Origin: an uncultured archaeon
Lineage (GTDB): Archaea; Thermoproteota; Nitrososphaeria; Nitrososphaerales; Gagatemarchaeaceae
Length of the DNA stretch: 24,000 nt
Direction: 5' to 3'
Assembly (NCBI GenBank): GCA_963817525.1
Contig: CAWFOU010000008.1
Location: 48,669 to 72,668 of the forward strand
Below the pieces are notes generated by a model. That model saw only the letters and a list, made by a program, of their open reading frames with translations. It made no database searches and was not told the DNA's origin. How positions within the stretch are numbered: position 1 is the first letter of the stretch; each line of letters opens with the position of its first letter. Below are positions 14,507 through 22,281 of this stretch, in pieces. The position numbers were made by a program, and so were the translations under genes.

Positions 14507-17395
14507 CTACGTCCCGCGCAGGCTGTTCGAGTGCCTGATCTTCTCTTGGAGGAGGCCGACGCCCTGCATGAGCGCCTCTGCGCGCGGCGGGCACCCGGGC
14601 ACGTAGACGTCCACTGGGATGATGTCGTCGATCCCCCTGAGGACGTTGTATGAATCGAAATACAGGCCGCCGGTGATGGAGCAGTTGTGGACGAGCTGCC
14701 CGTTTGCGAAGAAGTTGTGGTACCCCGCGACCTCGATGTCGTAGACGGCATCGCTCCCTCTCGGAATGACAGAGGTGACGCGCTGCAGGCTGATTCCCGC
14801 ATGGTTTGTCCTGAGCATTCCTTTGCCTTCGAATGATCGCGAACCCGTTTTTACCCTGGTTCGATAGTCGGACCGGTATAGAGGCAATTTAGCAATCACC
14901 GACATGGGGAAACTTATGATGTATTCAGTGGTCTTCAATTGTCTTCCCTCGAGGCAATTCTCCTTTTCCTTCACGAAGACTCCCCCGACATGTATACCTC
15001 GATAGTGACATAGCTGGACGACATCCATCATCAAGTCCTTGTTCGCCGAGGAGAGTTGCCCGAAACCCTCCTTCTGTACGTAGCCATCCGACTCAATCAA
15101 TCCAGCCAAGAAACTGAGAACGGAAGATATGGGCAACGTGTAGACCCAGGATGGGATTCTCTTGGTGTGGACGTCTCCCACGAGTCCGAGCGATTCGAAC
15201 ATCCCTGCGACGGTGCTTGACCAAATCATTACCTGCCTGCCCTCGTGAGGTTTGAATCCGAAGAGTTCAGTGACGAGCCTCACCAGCTTGTCCCTGGAGA
15301 GGTCTCCTTTCATCAAGGAGAATCCTACGCAGTACTTGTTCTTCCAGCCGTCGCCAAGATAGAGCCCTGCCAACCACGCAAGGCCGTCATCGACGGTCTC
15401 AGGAATTCTGGCTTGCTTTCGAACTGCTCCTCGGTGCTGATAGTTGATTCTAGCTGGCGCCCCTCCGGGAAATTCCGAATAGGTGACCAGTAAGTCTTCT
15501 TCGCAAAGTTCCAGAGCGTTTTTCCAGACCAAATCGAGTCCGTACTTCGATGGCGGATGGCTCCTCCAATATGACAGAGTTTTGCTGCCGACACCTAGTA
15601 GATCCGAGACGTCGTTGAGGGGGAACCCCTCGTCTATCATGGCCAGGAGGGACTTGTACGCGACCCATTTTCTTGACAACGTCCGCTCGTAGACCGCAAA
15701 TGGATGGTCCTCGGTTGCCACGGATTCGTAGGAGCCGGCACGCACGCGGAAGACTGGTCTGACTCCTTGATCCTTTCTCGCAATTACGGGAGCCTCAACC
15801 ACTCGCTTTTGCTCCTCATCGTACGAGTAGACTGTTTCGCCTGGCCCGACTTCGTCCATGCGTCGCAGGCCACCGGGCGTGTAGACCATGGAATCACCCC
15901 GTTCGCACGCACCCATAGCGATCACCCACTTCGGTTCGGGCATCTGGTCGTAGATCAGCTTGAGCCTAGGGGCGAGCTTGCGCGTCACGGTGCCCATCAC
16001 TATGATGAGGTCGCACTGCCTGAGGGAGCCGAAGGCCTCCAGGATCCCGAAGCGCTCGGCGTCGAACCTTGAGCCGGCGACGGCCCCGACCTCGACAGAG
16101 CAGTTGTGGACTACGGCGTTCGAGACGAGGTAGGTGTTGTCTCCGGTTTCCAGATTGTGGACGGGGCCAGAGTAGTCCACCCGTTCCACCTTTCTGATCG
16201 GGACTACGATAAACTCGGGAGTCATCCGGAAATCCGAAACCTTCCTCTCGGAGGTCAGGGTCGAAATGGTGTAGGAATCATGCGTCATCACATCTCGGCC
16301 TAGAATCTTGGAAGCGCCTCCGTTTGCCTTTCTGTTTATCCTGGCGAAAGTACCGAACCTCGCATAAGCAAGCTGGAGTTGGAGAGCCAGCGTCTTCGAT
16401 GTGGTATCAGCTTTGGCGAACTCAGGGCCTCTCTTGTCGGTGATCTCGGCTCCGTCGCCCTGGAGGTAGCCCTGAAGGAATGACCTGAGCAGATCGAGGT
16501 CCTTGTGGTACAGGATAAAGTCGGGAATCTTCTTGTTCTCGGCGAGGTGTCCGCACCATTCATGGAACGCGCGGGCCAGGATGGCCGAGGAGAATCTCAC
16601 CACGGTTGCCGTGTCCCGTCTCTTCACTTGAGGGGAATATCCCAATGACTTTGCGATCTCGAAAATCCGGGATCTCAGGTTCACTTCGTCGTGGCTCAGA
16701 GAGAAGGAGATGTCGTGCCCTACCGTGTCCCATCCTTCGGCGACGAAGATTCCTAAGAGCCAAGCGGTGTCCGTATTGAGGGGGAACTCCAGAGGAGGTT
16801 TTTCTCCTCGCCCACGGACTATATTCAGTCCTCGGCTTGTGGCATAGGACGCTAGTGGGATGGATCGGGAATCGACGAACCCCTTGGGCCGGGGAATCAG
16901 CAGGCAGTCGTGAGAGCCCTTTGGGTAGAGGAACTTGCCATTCTTCTTCATTGGCTGGGAAGCCACGAGGTCTCCGGCCTTCTTCCATACCTTCTCCGAG
17001 AGATAGGCGCCCTTCCCGTAGGAGAGCTGCCTGCCTACCGTGAGGACGGGATGCTCTGGAGTCGCGAGTATCGGGAGCATCCCGCGGCCCGAAATTTTGA
17101 CTAGTTCCCCCCGATACTGCCTAGAGAACGTATCGACTACGTCCACGAGCCCTGTCATGCCCGTGACCTTGTCTTTGACTGCGTACTGCGAGATCGGCTT
17201 GTTGTCTCCCAGGACTATGGTGTCTGGTGGGACGCAACACGCCGTCTCCAGGTGGACGGGCCAGAGGCTGTAGAGCCTCCCCCAGTTGGCCATGTAGCGG
17301 AGGGGGGCCCCGATGGTGTCTTGGAGGAAGTCGTTGACCCTTCCCACGAGGACGTTGACCTCCCCGGTCTTCGGGACCTGCGCGGACTCTACCAT
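14507..17395 (-). CDS. nuoB: NADH:quinone oxidoreductase subunit B (PSST/Nqo6) precursor, 962 aa, carrying two inteins; predicted mature extein 176 aa
   Basis: ATG 17395 overlaps the nuoA stop by 7 nt. Exteins: MVESAQ...[10 protein letters not shown] | [65 protein letters not shown] | [36 protein letters not shown]... Joining them restores the CCxxE, GxCxxxGG and CPP motifs of NuoB. Confidence 0.9.
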   Translation of the reverse strand: MVESAQVPKTGEVNVLVGRVNDFLQDTIGAPLRYMANWGRLYSLWPVHLETACCVPPDTIVLGDNKPISQYAVKDKVTGMTGLVDVVDTFSRQYRGELVKISGRGMLPILATPEHPVLTVGRQLSYGKGAYLSEKVWKKAGDLVASQPMKKNGKFLYPKGSHDCLLIPRPKGFVDSRSIPLASYATSRGLNIVRGRGEKPPLEFPLNTDTAWLLGIFVAEGWDTVGHDISFSLSHDEVNLRSRIFEIAKSLGYSPQVKRRDTATVVRFSSAILARAFHEWCGHLAENKKIPDFILYHKDLDLLRSFLQGYLQGDGAEITDKRGPEFAKADTTSKTLALQLQLAYARFGTFARINRKANGGASKILGRDVMTHDSYTISTLTSERKVSDFRMTPEFIVVPIRKVERVDYSGPVHNLETGDNTYLVSNAVVHNCSVEVGAVAGSRFDAERFGILEAFGSLRQCDLIIVMGTVTRKLAPRLKLIYDQMPEPKWVIAMGACERGDSMVYTPGGLRRMDEVGPGETVYSYDEEQKRVVEAPVIARKDQGVRPVFRVRAGSYESVATEDHPFAVYERTLSRKWVAYKSLLAMIDEGFPLNDVSDLLGVGSKTLSYWRSHPPSKYGLDLVWKNALELCEEDLLVTYSEFPGGAPARINYQHRGAVRKQARIPETVDDGLAWLAGLYLGDGWKNKYCVGFSLMKGDLSRDKLVRLVTELFGFKPHEGRQVMIWSSTVAGMFESLGLVGDVHTKRIPSWVYTLPISSVLSFLAGLIESDGYVQKEGFGQLSSANKDLMMDVVQLCHYRGIHVGGVFVKEKENCLEGRQLKTTEYIISFPMSVIAKLPLYRSDYRTRVKTGSRSFEGKGMLRTNHAGISLQRVTSVIPRGSDAVYDIEVAGYHNFFANGQLVHNCSITGGLYFDSYNVLRGIDDIIPVDVYVPGCPPRAEALMQGVGLLQEKIRHSNSLRGT
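14684..15907 (-). mobile_element. Intein 2 of NuoB (408 aa, HTH-like insert plus LAGLIDADG domain)
   Basis: Begins [10 protein letters not shown]. Has TxxH in [14 protein letters not shown]-like [29 protein letters not shown] motifs [11 protein letters not shown] and [12 protein letters not shown]. Ends [21 protein letters not shown], followed by +1 Cys (TGC 14683-14681). AT-rich (24/60 G+C in 14881-14940). Confidence 0.85.
16103..17236 (-). mobile_element. Intein 1 of NuoB (378 aa, LAGLIDADG homing-endonuclease domain)
   Basis: Begins [10 protein letters not shown] (block A). Has TxxH in [11 protein letters not shown] (block B). LAGLIDADG motifs [11 protein letters not shown] and [11 protein letters not shown]. 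Ends [22 protein letters not shown], followed by +1 Cys (TGC 16102-16100). Coordinates were verified codon by codon. Confidence 0.85.
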
Positions 17396-17760
17396 ATCTC
17401 TCGCTTCCCCGCCAGGTGCACGGTGAGGCCCATGGGTATCAGGAGGGCGCCGACGAACACGAGCATCATCCAGCTTGAGAGCTGCCCCAGGGCGAGCGGC
17501 TGGTAGGCCACCGCCCAGGCGAAGAGGAACATCGCCATGACGTCGAAGACGACGAACAGCAGGAGATAGGCGTAGTACTGCATCATGAAGTGCATCTTCC
17601 CCCGTCCTCGGGGGACTTGGCCGGCCTCGAAGGTCTCGTTCTTTATCGGGTTGGGGCTCTTGGGGGCGAGGATCCTCGGGACGATGAGCATTATGCCGGT
17701 GAAGAGGATGCCCACGCCGCCCATAACGAAGACGGCCGCAACGTTCCCAAAGATCGCCAA
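17389..17760 (-). CDS. nuoA: NADH:quinone oxidoreductase subunit A
   Basis: 123 aa with three hydrophobic helices and a conserved-type loop, [11 protein letters not shown] start at 17760 (in-frame stop 4 codons upstream). First gene of nuoABCD. Confidence 0.85.
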   Translation of the reverse strand: MAIFGNVAAVFVMGGVGILFTGIMLIVPRILAPKSPNPIKNETFEAGQVPRGRGKMHFMMQYYAYLLLFVVFDVMAMFLFAWAVAYQPLALGQLSSWMMLVFVGALLIPMGLTVHLAGKREIW

Positions 17761-17798
17761 CCTTGGAACTCTCTAGAAGATTTGGAAAGCCGTCGAGC

Positions 17799-17806
17799 AT
17801 ATTTAA
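17799..17806 (-). promoter_or_regulatory. TATA-box-like element for the nuo operon
   Basis: The minus strand reads CCTTAAATATG. TTAAATAT is centred about 43 nt upstream of the nuoA start. Confidence 0.4.
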
Positions 17807-18281
17807 GGCTTGGCGGGCTTGGCTCTGGTAACTCTTCGGCGCATGGGCGATTCTATACCTCTCCAAGATATTTGGGATGTGTCAAGTTGCTCTGCGCGCG
17901 GGGAGAAGCTCCGCACACCCGAAAGGGGGATGCCGAGCACAGGACTTACGGTCGGATGGAGAGGGACGTGAATTCACCCCCTCGGACTATCCAGGCGGGG
18001 GCGGTCAAGGTTCGACCGTTCCCGTCCCTTGTCGTAGGACGCTACCGTTTCTACACTGGGGAAGAAGGGCTGGCAGGTGAGGCAATGAAGGGGAACGGGA
18101 CGACTACCCTAACCCTTCGAGTCGACGCCAGCAAGGCGACTAGTCGGCATGAGCCGAGGAGTTGCCAGAACCTCGGGGTCGACGGCAGGTCGCGGAGCCC
18201 TCGCTCGTCGCTCTTGCCTTTAACCCCGAAACGCGGCGAAGCGAAACACATTTAGTGACGGTCCGCTCGGCTTGAAGGAGC

Positions 18282-19499
18282 ATGCGCATTGCGATAGTCG
18301 GGTGCGGCGTGGCGGGATCTTACCTGCTCAACAGGATACCTCCGGAGCATCAGGTCGAGGCTTTCGAGATGCGCGAGAAAGACAAGTGGTGGGCCGTGTG
18401 CGCCTGGGGGACCAGCGCACCCTTCATCTCCGACCTCGTCAAGCAGGCGGGGCTGAACTTCGAGGACTACATCCTGTTCAGGGGCAAGAGGATGATAGTC
18501 GACCCCGGGAACGGGCACGACACTTTCGACATCAAGCTCAACGGCCTCGTGACCTTCGACAAGACGAGGCTCTTTGGTGACATGAAGAAGGGGAAGAACA
18601 TCCACTGGGGAGCCCACCCCAAGGACGTCAACGAGCTGAAGGGCTTCGACATGGTCATCGACGCGACGGGCTTCCACAGGTCGATCCTCGGCAAGCTCGA
18701 GCACGACGCGGCGATCCCCTGCTTCGAGGTCGAGGTCGAGGGCAAGTTCCCCTGGGACGACTTTTACATCAAGCCCTACCCCGGCCTGAGCGGCTACTTC
18801 TGGTACTTCCCTCTGGGAGAGGGGAGGGGGCACATCGGGGCGGGCGACTTCAAGGCGCAATACAGGGGGGAGATCGAGGCGATGGTCAAGAAGTACGACT
18901 GGAAGGTCGTTAGGAGGATCGGGAGGCCGGTGAGGATCCTCGCCCCGAAGTACATGGGGCCGTTCTACACGGAGCCCAAGTGCCTCGCCTGCGGCAACAC
19001 GATCAACCAGAAGAAGTTCTTGAAGAGCATCAAGGAAGGCGCGGCCCAGTCGGCAACCGCGAACTTGAGCTCGAGCGGCCAGGCGACCGCCTTCGCAGGG
19101 AGAGGAATCTCCGGAGCGAGCGGAGCCCCACCCACCAACGGGCACGGCTCGTGCGCGTGCTCGAGCCCCAGGCCGGACGGGCCTTTGGTGGTCGGGGTCG
19201 GCGAGAGCATAGGCAGCGTCTACCCGCTCCTGGGCGAGGGGATAATCCCCAGCATGCAGTGCGTCAACCTCTTCGTCGACCACATGGACGACATGGACGC
19301 CTACTCAAAGGCGGTCCTGAAGCACTTTGACATCTACGCCAAGGTGTACAACTTCATCAAGGCGAAGATGGACGGGAACTTCTCCATGCTCAGCCAGTTC
19401 CCCGACCTCGCCGCGATATATTGGCACATGAGGAGCAACGAGAGGAGGTATGGCCTCGAGACCCACCTCAGAGACATCCTCAAGGTCGTCAACGTCTAA
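18282..19499 (+). CDS. FAD-dependent oxidoreductase, geranylgeranyl-reductase-like family
   Basis: N-terminal Rossmann motif MRIAIVGCGVAGSYL. Also VIDATGFHRS, GYFWYFPLGEGRGHIGAG and VGVGESIGSVYPLLGEGI (GD-type FAD motif). Carries a low-complexity Cys-flanked insert at residues ~234-300. Confidence 0.7.
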   Translation: MRIAIVGCGVAGSYLLNRIPPEHQVEAFEMREKDKWWAVCAWGTSAPFISDLVKQAGLNFEDYILFRGKRMIVDPGNGHDTFDIKLNGLVTFDKTRLFGDMKKGKNIHWGAHPKDVNELKGFDMVIDATGFHRSILGKLEHDAAIPCFEVEVEGKFPWDDFYIKPYPGLSGYFWYFPLGEGRGHIGAGDFKAQYRGEIEAMVKKYDWKVVRRIGRPVRILAPKYMGPFYTEPKCLACGNTINQKKFLKSIKEGAAQSATANLSSSGQATAFAGRGISGASGAPPTNGHGSCACSSPRPDGPLVVGVGESIGSVYPLLGEGIIPSMQCVNLFVDHMDDMDAYSKAVLKHFDIYAKVYNFIKAKMDGNFSMLSQFPDLAAIYWHMRSNERRYGLETHLRDILKVVNV

Positions 19500-19518
19500 C
19501 CATAGAAGCGCCGCGGGG

Positions 19519-19941
19519 GTGCGCGCCCACTCCGCCGTCCACGTGCTCAAGGGCGCGGTCTCCAACGTGCTCGGCCCCAGGAAGTTCACGTTCGGGGAGG
19601 AGGGCGTCTTGAAGTTCCGCTCCGACGCCGAGCTCGGGCCCCAGGAGGTCGGGAAGATAGAGGCCGCGGCGAACAGGAAGATAGCGGAGGACGCGGAGGT
19701 GTCGGAGTTCAGCATGGAGAGGCAGGAGGCCGAGGGGCACTTCGGCTCCGGGATCTATGACCTCGCCCCCGCGCCGGAGACGGAGACGCTCCTCAGGATG
19801 GTGAGGATCCCCGACTGGGACGCGGGCTACTGCCTCCAGGCGCACGTCGAGAGCACGGGCTCCATAGGGGCGATAAGGGTGGACGGAGCGAGGTTCGACG
19901 AGGCGCGGAAGGAGGTGGAGCTCAGGTTCCACCTTCTGTGA
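19519..19941 (+). CDS. alaX: AlaX-S-type alanyl-tRNA editing protein (tRNA synthetase second additional domain)
   Basis: RAHSAVHVLKGAVSNVLG (HxxxH), IYDLAPAPE, IPDWDAGYCLQAHVESTGSIG (CxxxH) and C-terminal VELRFHLL. Collinear with Pyrococcus AlaX-S as I recall it. I prefer GTG 19519 as the start. The track ATG 19450 would overlap the upstream gene by 50 nt and add a non-conserved Ser/Arg-rich leader. Confidence 0.85.
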   Translation: MRAHSAVHVLKGAVSNVLGPRKFTFGEEGVLKFRSDAELGPQEVGKIEAAANRKIAEDAEVSEFSMERQEAEGHFGSGIYDLAPAPETETLLRMVRIPDWDAGYCLQAHVESTGSIGAIRVDGARFDEARKEVELRFHLL

Positions 19942-19965
19942 ACGGCCGCCCGGCGATAGCAAAAC

Positions 19966-19974
19966 AGTATAATG
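19966..19974 (+). promoter_or_regulatory. TATA box for tRNA-Arg
   Basis: GTATAATGG is centred about 28 nt upstream of the mature tRNA 5' end (19998). Confidence 0.5.
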
Positions 19975-19997
19975 GTGCTCAGAAGGCCCTTGGATTT

Positions 19998-20075
19998 GGG
20001 CCCGTAGCTCAGTATGGACAGAGCGAACGCCTCCTAAGCGTTAGGCCGAGGGTTCAAATCCCACCGGGCCCGCCA
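19998..20075 (+). tRNA. tRNA-Arg (anticodon CCT), genomically encoded CCA
   Basis: Hand-folded cloverleaf. Acceptor GGGCCCG/CGGGCCC, D arm GCTC..GAGC, anticodon arm AACGC-CTCCTAA-GCGTT (CCT), T arm GAGGG-TTCAAAT-CCCAC (one A-A mismatch), discriminator G, then CCA. Confidence 0.88.
20059..20075 (+). repeat. Direct repeat copy 1 (tRNA-Arg 3' end), att-like
   Basis: TCCCACCGGGCCCGCCA is identical to 23898-23914. Confidence 0.75.
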
Positions 20076-20378
20076 AAGCTCAATTTAGACTCCGTTTCAC
20101 CCAAATCCCCGTGACGATGGGCGTGTTCACCTCATATGCCTCAATTACGGGGTCTTTTGAATAATGCTCCAAGAAGCGTTTGTACTGATTGAACCTGCAT
20201 GGAAGAATACGGTGGGCCCAGACTAAGATTGATGCAGGCCGGAAGGGGTTTCATAGAAACCTAGCGTATCCTATCGAATTCAGTCACTCGAGTTTCAATA
20301 GGTACCGCGAGCCTATTTCCTTCGGCTCCGATTGCCAAGCGGAGTTCACTCTAGGCGACTTGGCGTGGGCCGAAGTTC

Positions 20379-20981
20379 TCATCGAGGTTGCCTCTCCGTC
20401 TTACCTTTCGCCCATACGTATCTGAAGCTCACGACGAAGTACAGGGGCATCGTTACGGCGATTGCGATCAGGTTCGAAATCGCGTAAGGGATAAGCAGGT
20501 CGGTCGTGGCAAGATAGAGAATCCCCAGATGCAAAGCGACGCCTGCCAGACCAAGGATGGTAGACTTTGCGAATCTCCCCGCTCTGCCACCTGATTGCCT
20601 GTCCCTGAATGTCCTGGAGTCGTTAAGAAGGAACTTGGCGCCATGAACGGTAACGAGCGCTGTCGCGCTGGAGTAGAGGTAGTAAAGGCCGGCTGAGGTT
20701 AGGGCAACCAGCAACACCTCGTTGATGATGAACCCGACCAACTCCGTGCGCATGTACATCCTGAAGCGAAGTCCATTTCCTACAGAGCCCGCTTGAAGGA
20801 CCGAACCCGTCCGGGCGGTGGTGCGTGCCGGGGACGGCCCGCCCTGTTCGGGAGAGGGAACTGGTGGCTTCGGACTTCTCGCCGAGCGTTGGGTCCGCAG
20901 TCTCTGAGCAAACGCCCAGTATGCGACCCTCCCGACGAGGAGCGCCGCGGCCACCACGGCGATTATCTCGAAGGACAACAT
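20379..20981 (-). CDS. Membrane protein, GtrA-like C-terminal domain with TM plus Pro/Ser-rich N-terminal extension
   Basis: The C-terminal ~125 aa has four hydrophobic helices. It carries GtrA-type motifs (HGAKFLLNDSRTF and LYFVVSFRYVWAK). Lies 9 nt downstream of the amidohydrolase gene. Confidence 0.5.
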   Translation of the reverse strand: MLSFEIIAVVAAALLVGRVAYWAFAQRLRTQRSARSPKPPVPSPEQGGPSPARTTARTGSVLQAGSVGNGLRFRMYMRTELVGFIINEVLLVALTSAGLYYLYSSATALVTVHGAKFLLNDSRTFRDRQSGGRAGRFAKSTILGLAGVALHLGILYLATTDLLIPYAISNLIAIAVTMPLYFVVSFRYVWAKGKTERQPR

Positions 20982-20990
20982 CTAGGCTCC

Positions 20991-22190
20991 CTACCGAATC
21001 TGTGTAGAATTGCGCCCGGGACCAGCCAGAGCTACGCCAGCCTTCCAAATCCCCCGGATGTTGCGCGTGCACGTTATGTCTGAGGTCGGGTCTCCCTCGA
21101 CCAGGAGCATATCCGCTCGCAGCCCCGGTCGGAGACAACCCCTGTCGGGCATTCGGAACGCACGTGCGGGTGCGGAGGTCGCTGAGGTAAGCGCCTGCAC
21201 AGGGGTCAAGCCCTCCTGGACGAGCAGTTCCAACTCGCGATGAAGCGAAGAGCCCCGCGGCAGGCCCACGGGGAAGGGTGACGCGTCCGTCCCTGCCAGA
21301 ACGGTCACACCCGCCTCGGCAATCAGTTTTATGGCTTCGCTCATGCCCTTGCGCAGGTGGTTCAGCTCGGGTCTCGCCGGCCAGAGACGGAGCTTCTGCG
21401 GATCGATGAATGGTCTTAGGCGGTCGTCTGCCAGCATCGGCTCGACCTGAGGTTCGCCGACCTTGGTGTTGAGCAGGCAGACTAGCGTGGGAACTACCAC
21501 GGTCCCGTGTTCGGCAAGAAAGCGTCCGAAGTCGGAGCCGGCCGAGTCGCCGGCGATTATGTGAGCCAGGCCGTCTGCTCCTGCCTCAACCGCTCGGCGC
21601 GCCTTTTCTTCCTGGAGCGCGTGAACCCAGACTTGGATCCCGCGTGCGTGGGCGGCGCGGACAATCGCTTCGAGCGTGTCTTCGGTCAGAGACCCACCCT
21701 CGGGGGCGTCGTAGACCACCTTGATGAAGTCGGAGCCCTCTGCTAGGCGTTCGTTCACCCATGACTCCGCCCCTCCGGGACTGTCTACCGCTGGCATATC
21801 CTCTAGCCCGGGGAGTCTCTTCAGAATCGCATCACTGGCCACTGCGGGCTGGCTGGCGCCGTATACGTCGGCCAAGTCAGAGCTCCGGGCTGCCAGTGAC
21901 TTTAGGCCCTTCAGACCCTTCCCCGAGCAGCCCATGTCAATGACGGTCGCGATGCCCCATATGGCCGCTTCATGGAGGGAGTCGGGTCTCCCCAGAGCGT
22001 GAAAGTGCGCGTCGAACAGACCTGGGAGAAGGGTCATCCCCTCAGCATGGACGATGTCTGTACCGCCATGGACCTCAGGACCACTTCCCACCCCGACTAT
22101 CCGCCCGTCTCTGACGACTACGCTGGCGTCCTCTAGGATGTTGACTCCGTCGAAGACCCTGGCGTGCTCGATGACCAGAGATTGCGCCAT
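20991..22190 (-). CDS. Metal-dependent amidohydrolase-superfamily protein
   Basis: IEHARVFDG...VVVRDGRIVGVG...LLPGLFDAHFHA (HxH metal motif), WVHA and VLAGTDAS. G/C-ending codon bias is noticeably weaker than in rbcL or nuoD. Confidence 0.85.
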   Translation of the reverse strand: MAQSLVIEHARVFDGVNILEDASVVVRDGRIVGVGSGPEVHGGTDIVHAEGMTLLPGLFDAHFHALGRPDSLHEAAIWGIATVIDMGCSGKGLKGLKSLAARSSDLADVYGASQPAVASDAILKRLPGLEDMPAVDSPGGAESWVNERLAEGSDFIKVVYDAPEGGSLTEDTLEAIVRAAHARGIQVWVHALQEEKARRAVEAGADGLAHIIAGDSAGSDFGRFLAEHGTVVVPTLVCLLNTKVGEPQVEPMLADDRLRPFIDPQKLRLWPARPELNHLRKGMSEAIKLIAEAGVTVLAGTDASPFPVGLPRGSSLHRELELLVQEGLTPVQALTSATSAPARAFRMPDRGCLRPGLRADMLLVEGDPTSDITCTRNIRGIWKAGVALAGPGRNSTQIR

Positions 22191-22281
22191 ACGAGTTCAG
22201 ACCCTGCCTTTTCCGTATTAGGCTAGTAGCGCTCTACCGCGCCTCTCCTGAGAACCTCTATAGGGTGCATGCTGAGCTTGC

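Noticed and set aside
14507-17866. The ORF track lists a single 1119-aa ORF
   Set aside because: Its first 157 residues are Arg/Pro-rich read-through that overlaps nuoA (17389-17760) in another frame. The recognisable NuoB N-terminus starts at ATG 17395, with a 7-nt overlap of the nuoA stop. Only 14507-17395 is called.
18151-18180. Group II intron domain-V-like hairpin (GAGCCGAGG...CCUCGGGGUC)
   Set aside because: The stem starts with GAGC but has an 11-nt unstructured loop in place of the upper helix with a GNRA loop and 2-nt bulge. No other intron domains and no reverse-transcriptase ORF are present.
17867-18281. RNase P RNA or SRP (7S) RNA in the large intergenic region
   Set aside because: I looked on both strands for GAGGAAAGUCC and ACAGAAnCCGGCUUA (RNase P CR-I/CR-V), and for the SRP helix-8 CAGGnCCGGAAGGnAGCA core. 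Only partial resemblances turned up (CGUAAGUCCUGUGCUC on the minus strand, ACAGGACUUACGG on the plus strand), and they are in the wrong order and position. Neither RNA is supported.
19450-19518. ATG 19450 as the AlaX start
   Set aside because: It would overlap the upstream gene by 50 nt and add a Ser/Arg-rich leader absent from AlaX-S homologs as I recall them. GTG 19519 lies just before the conserved RAHSAVH motif.
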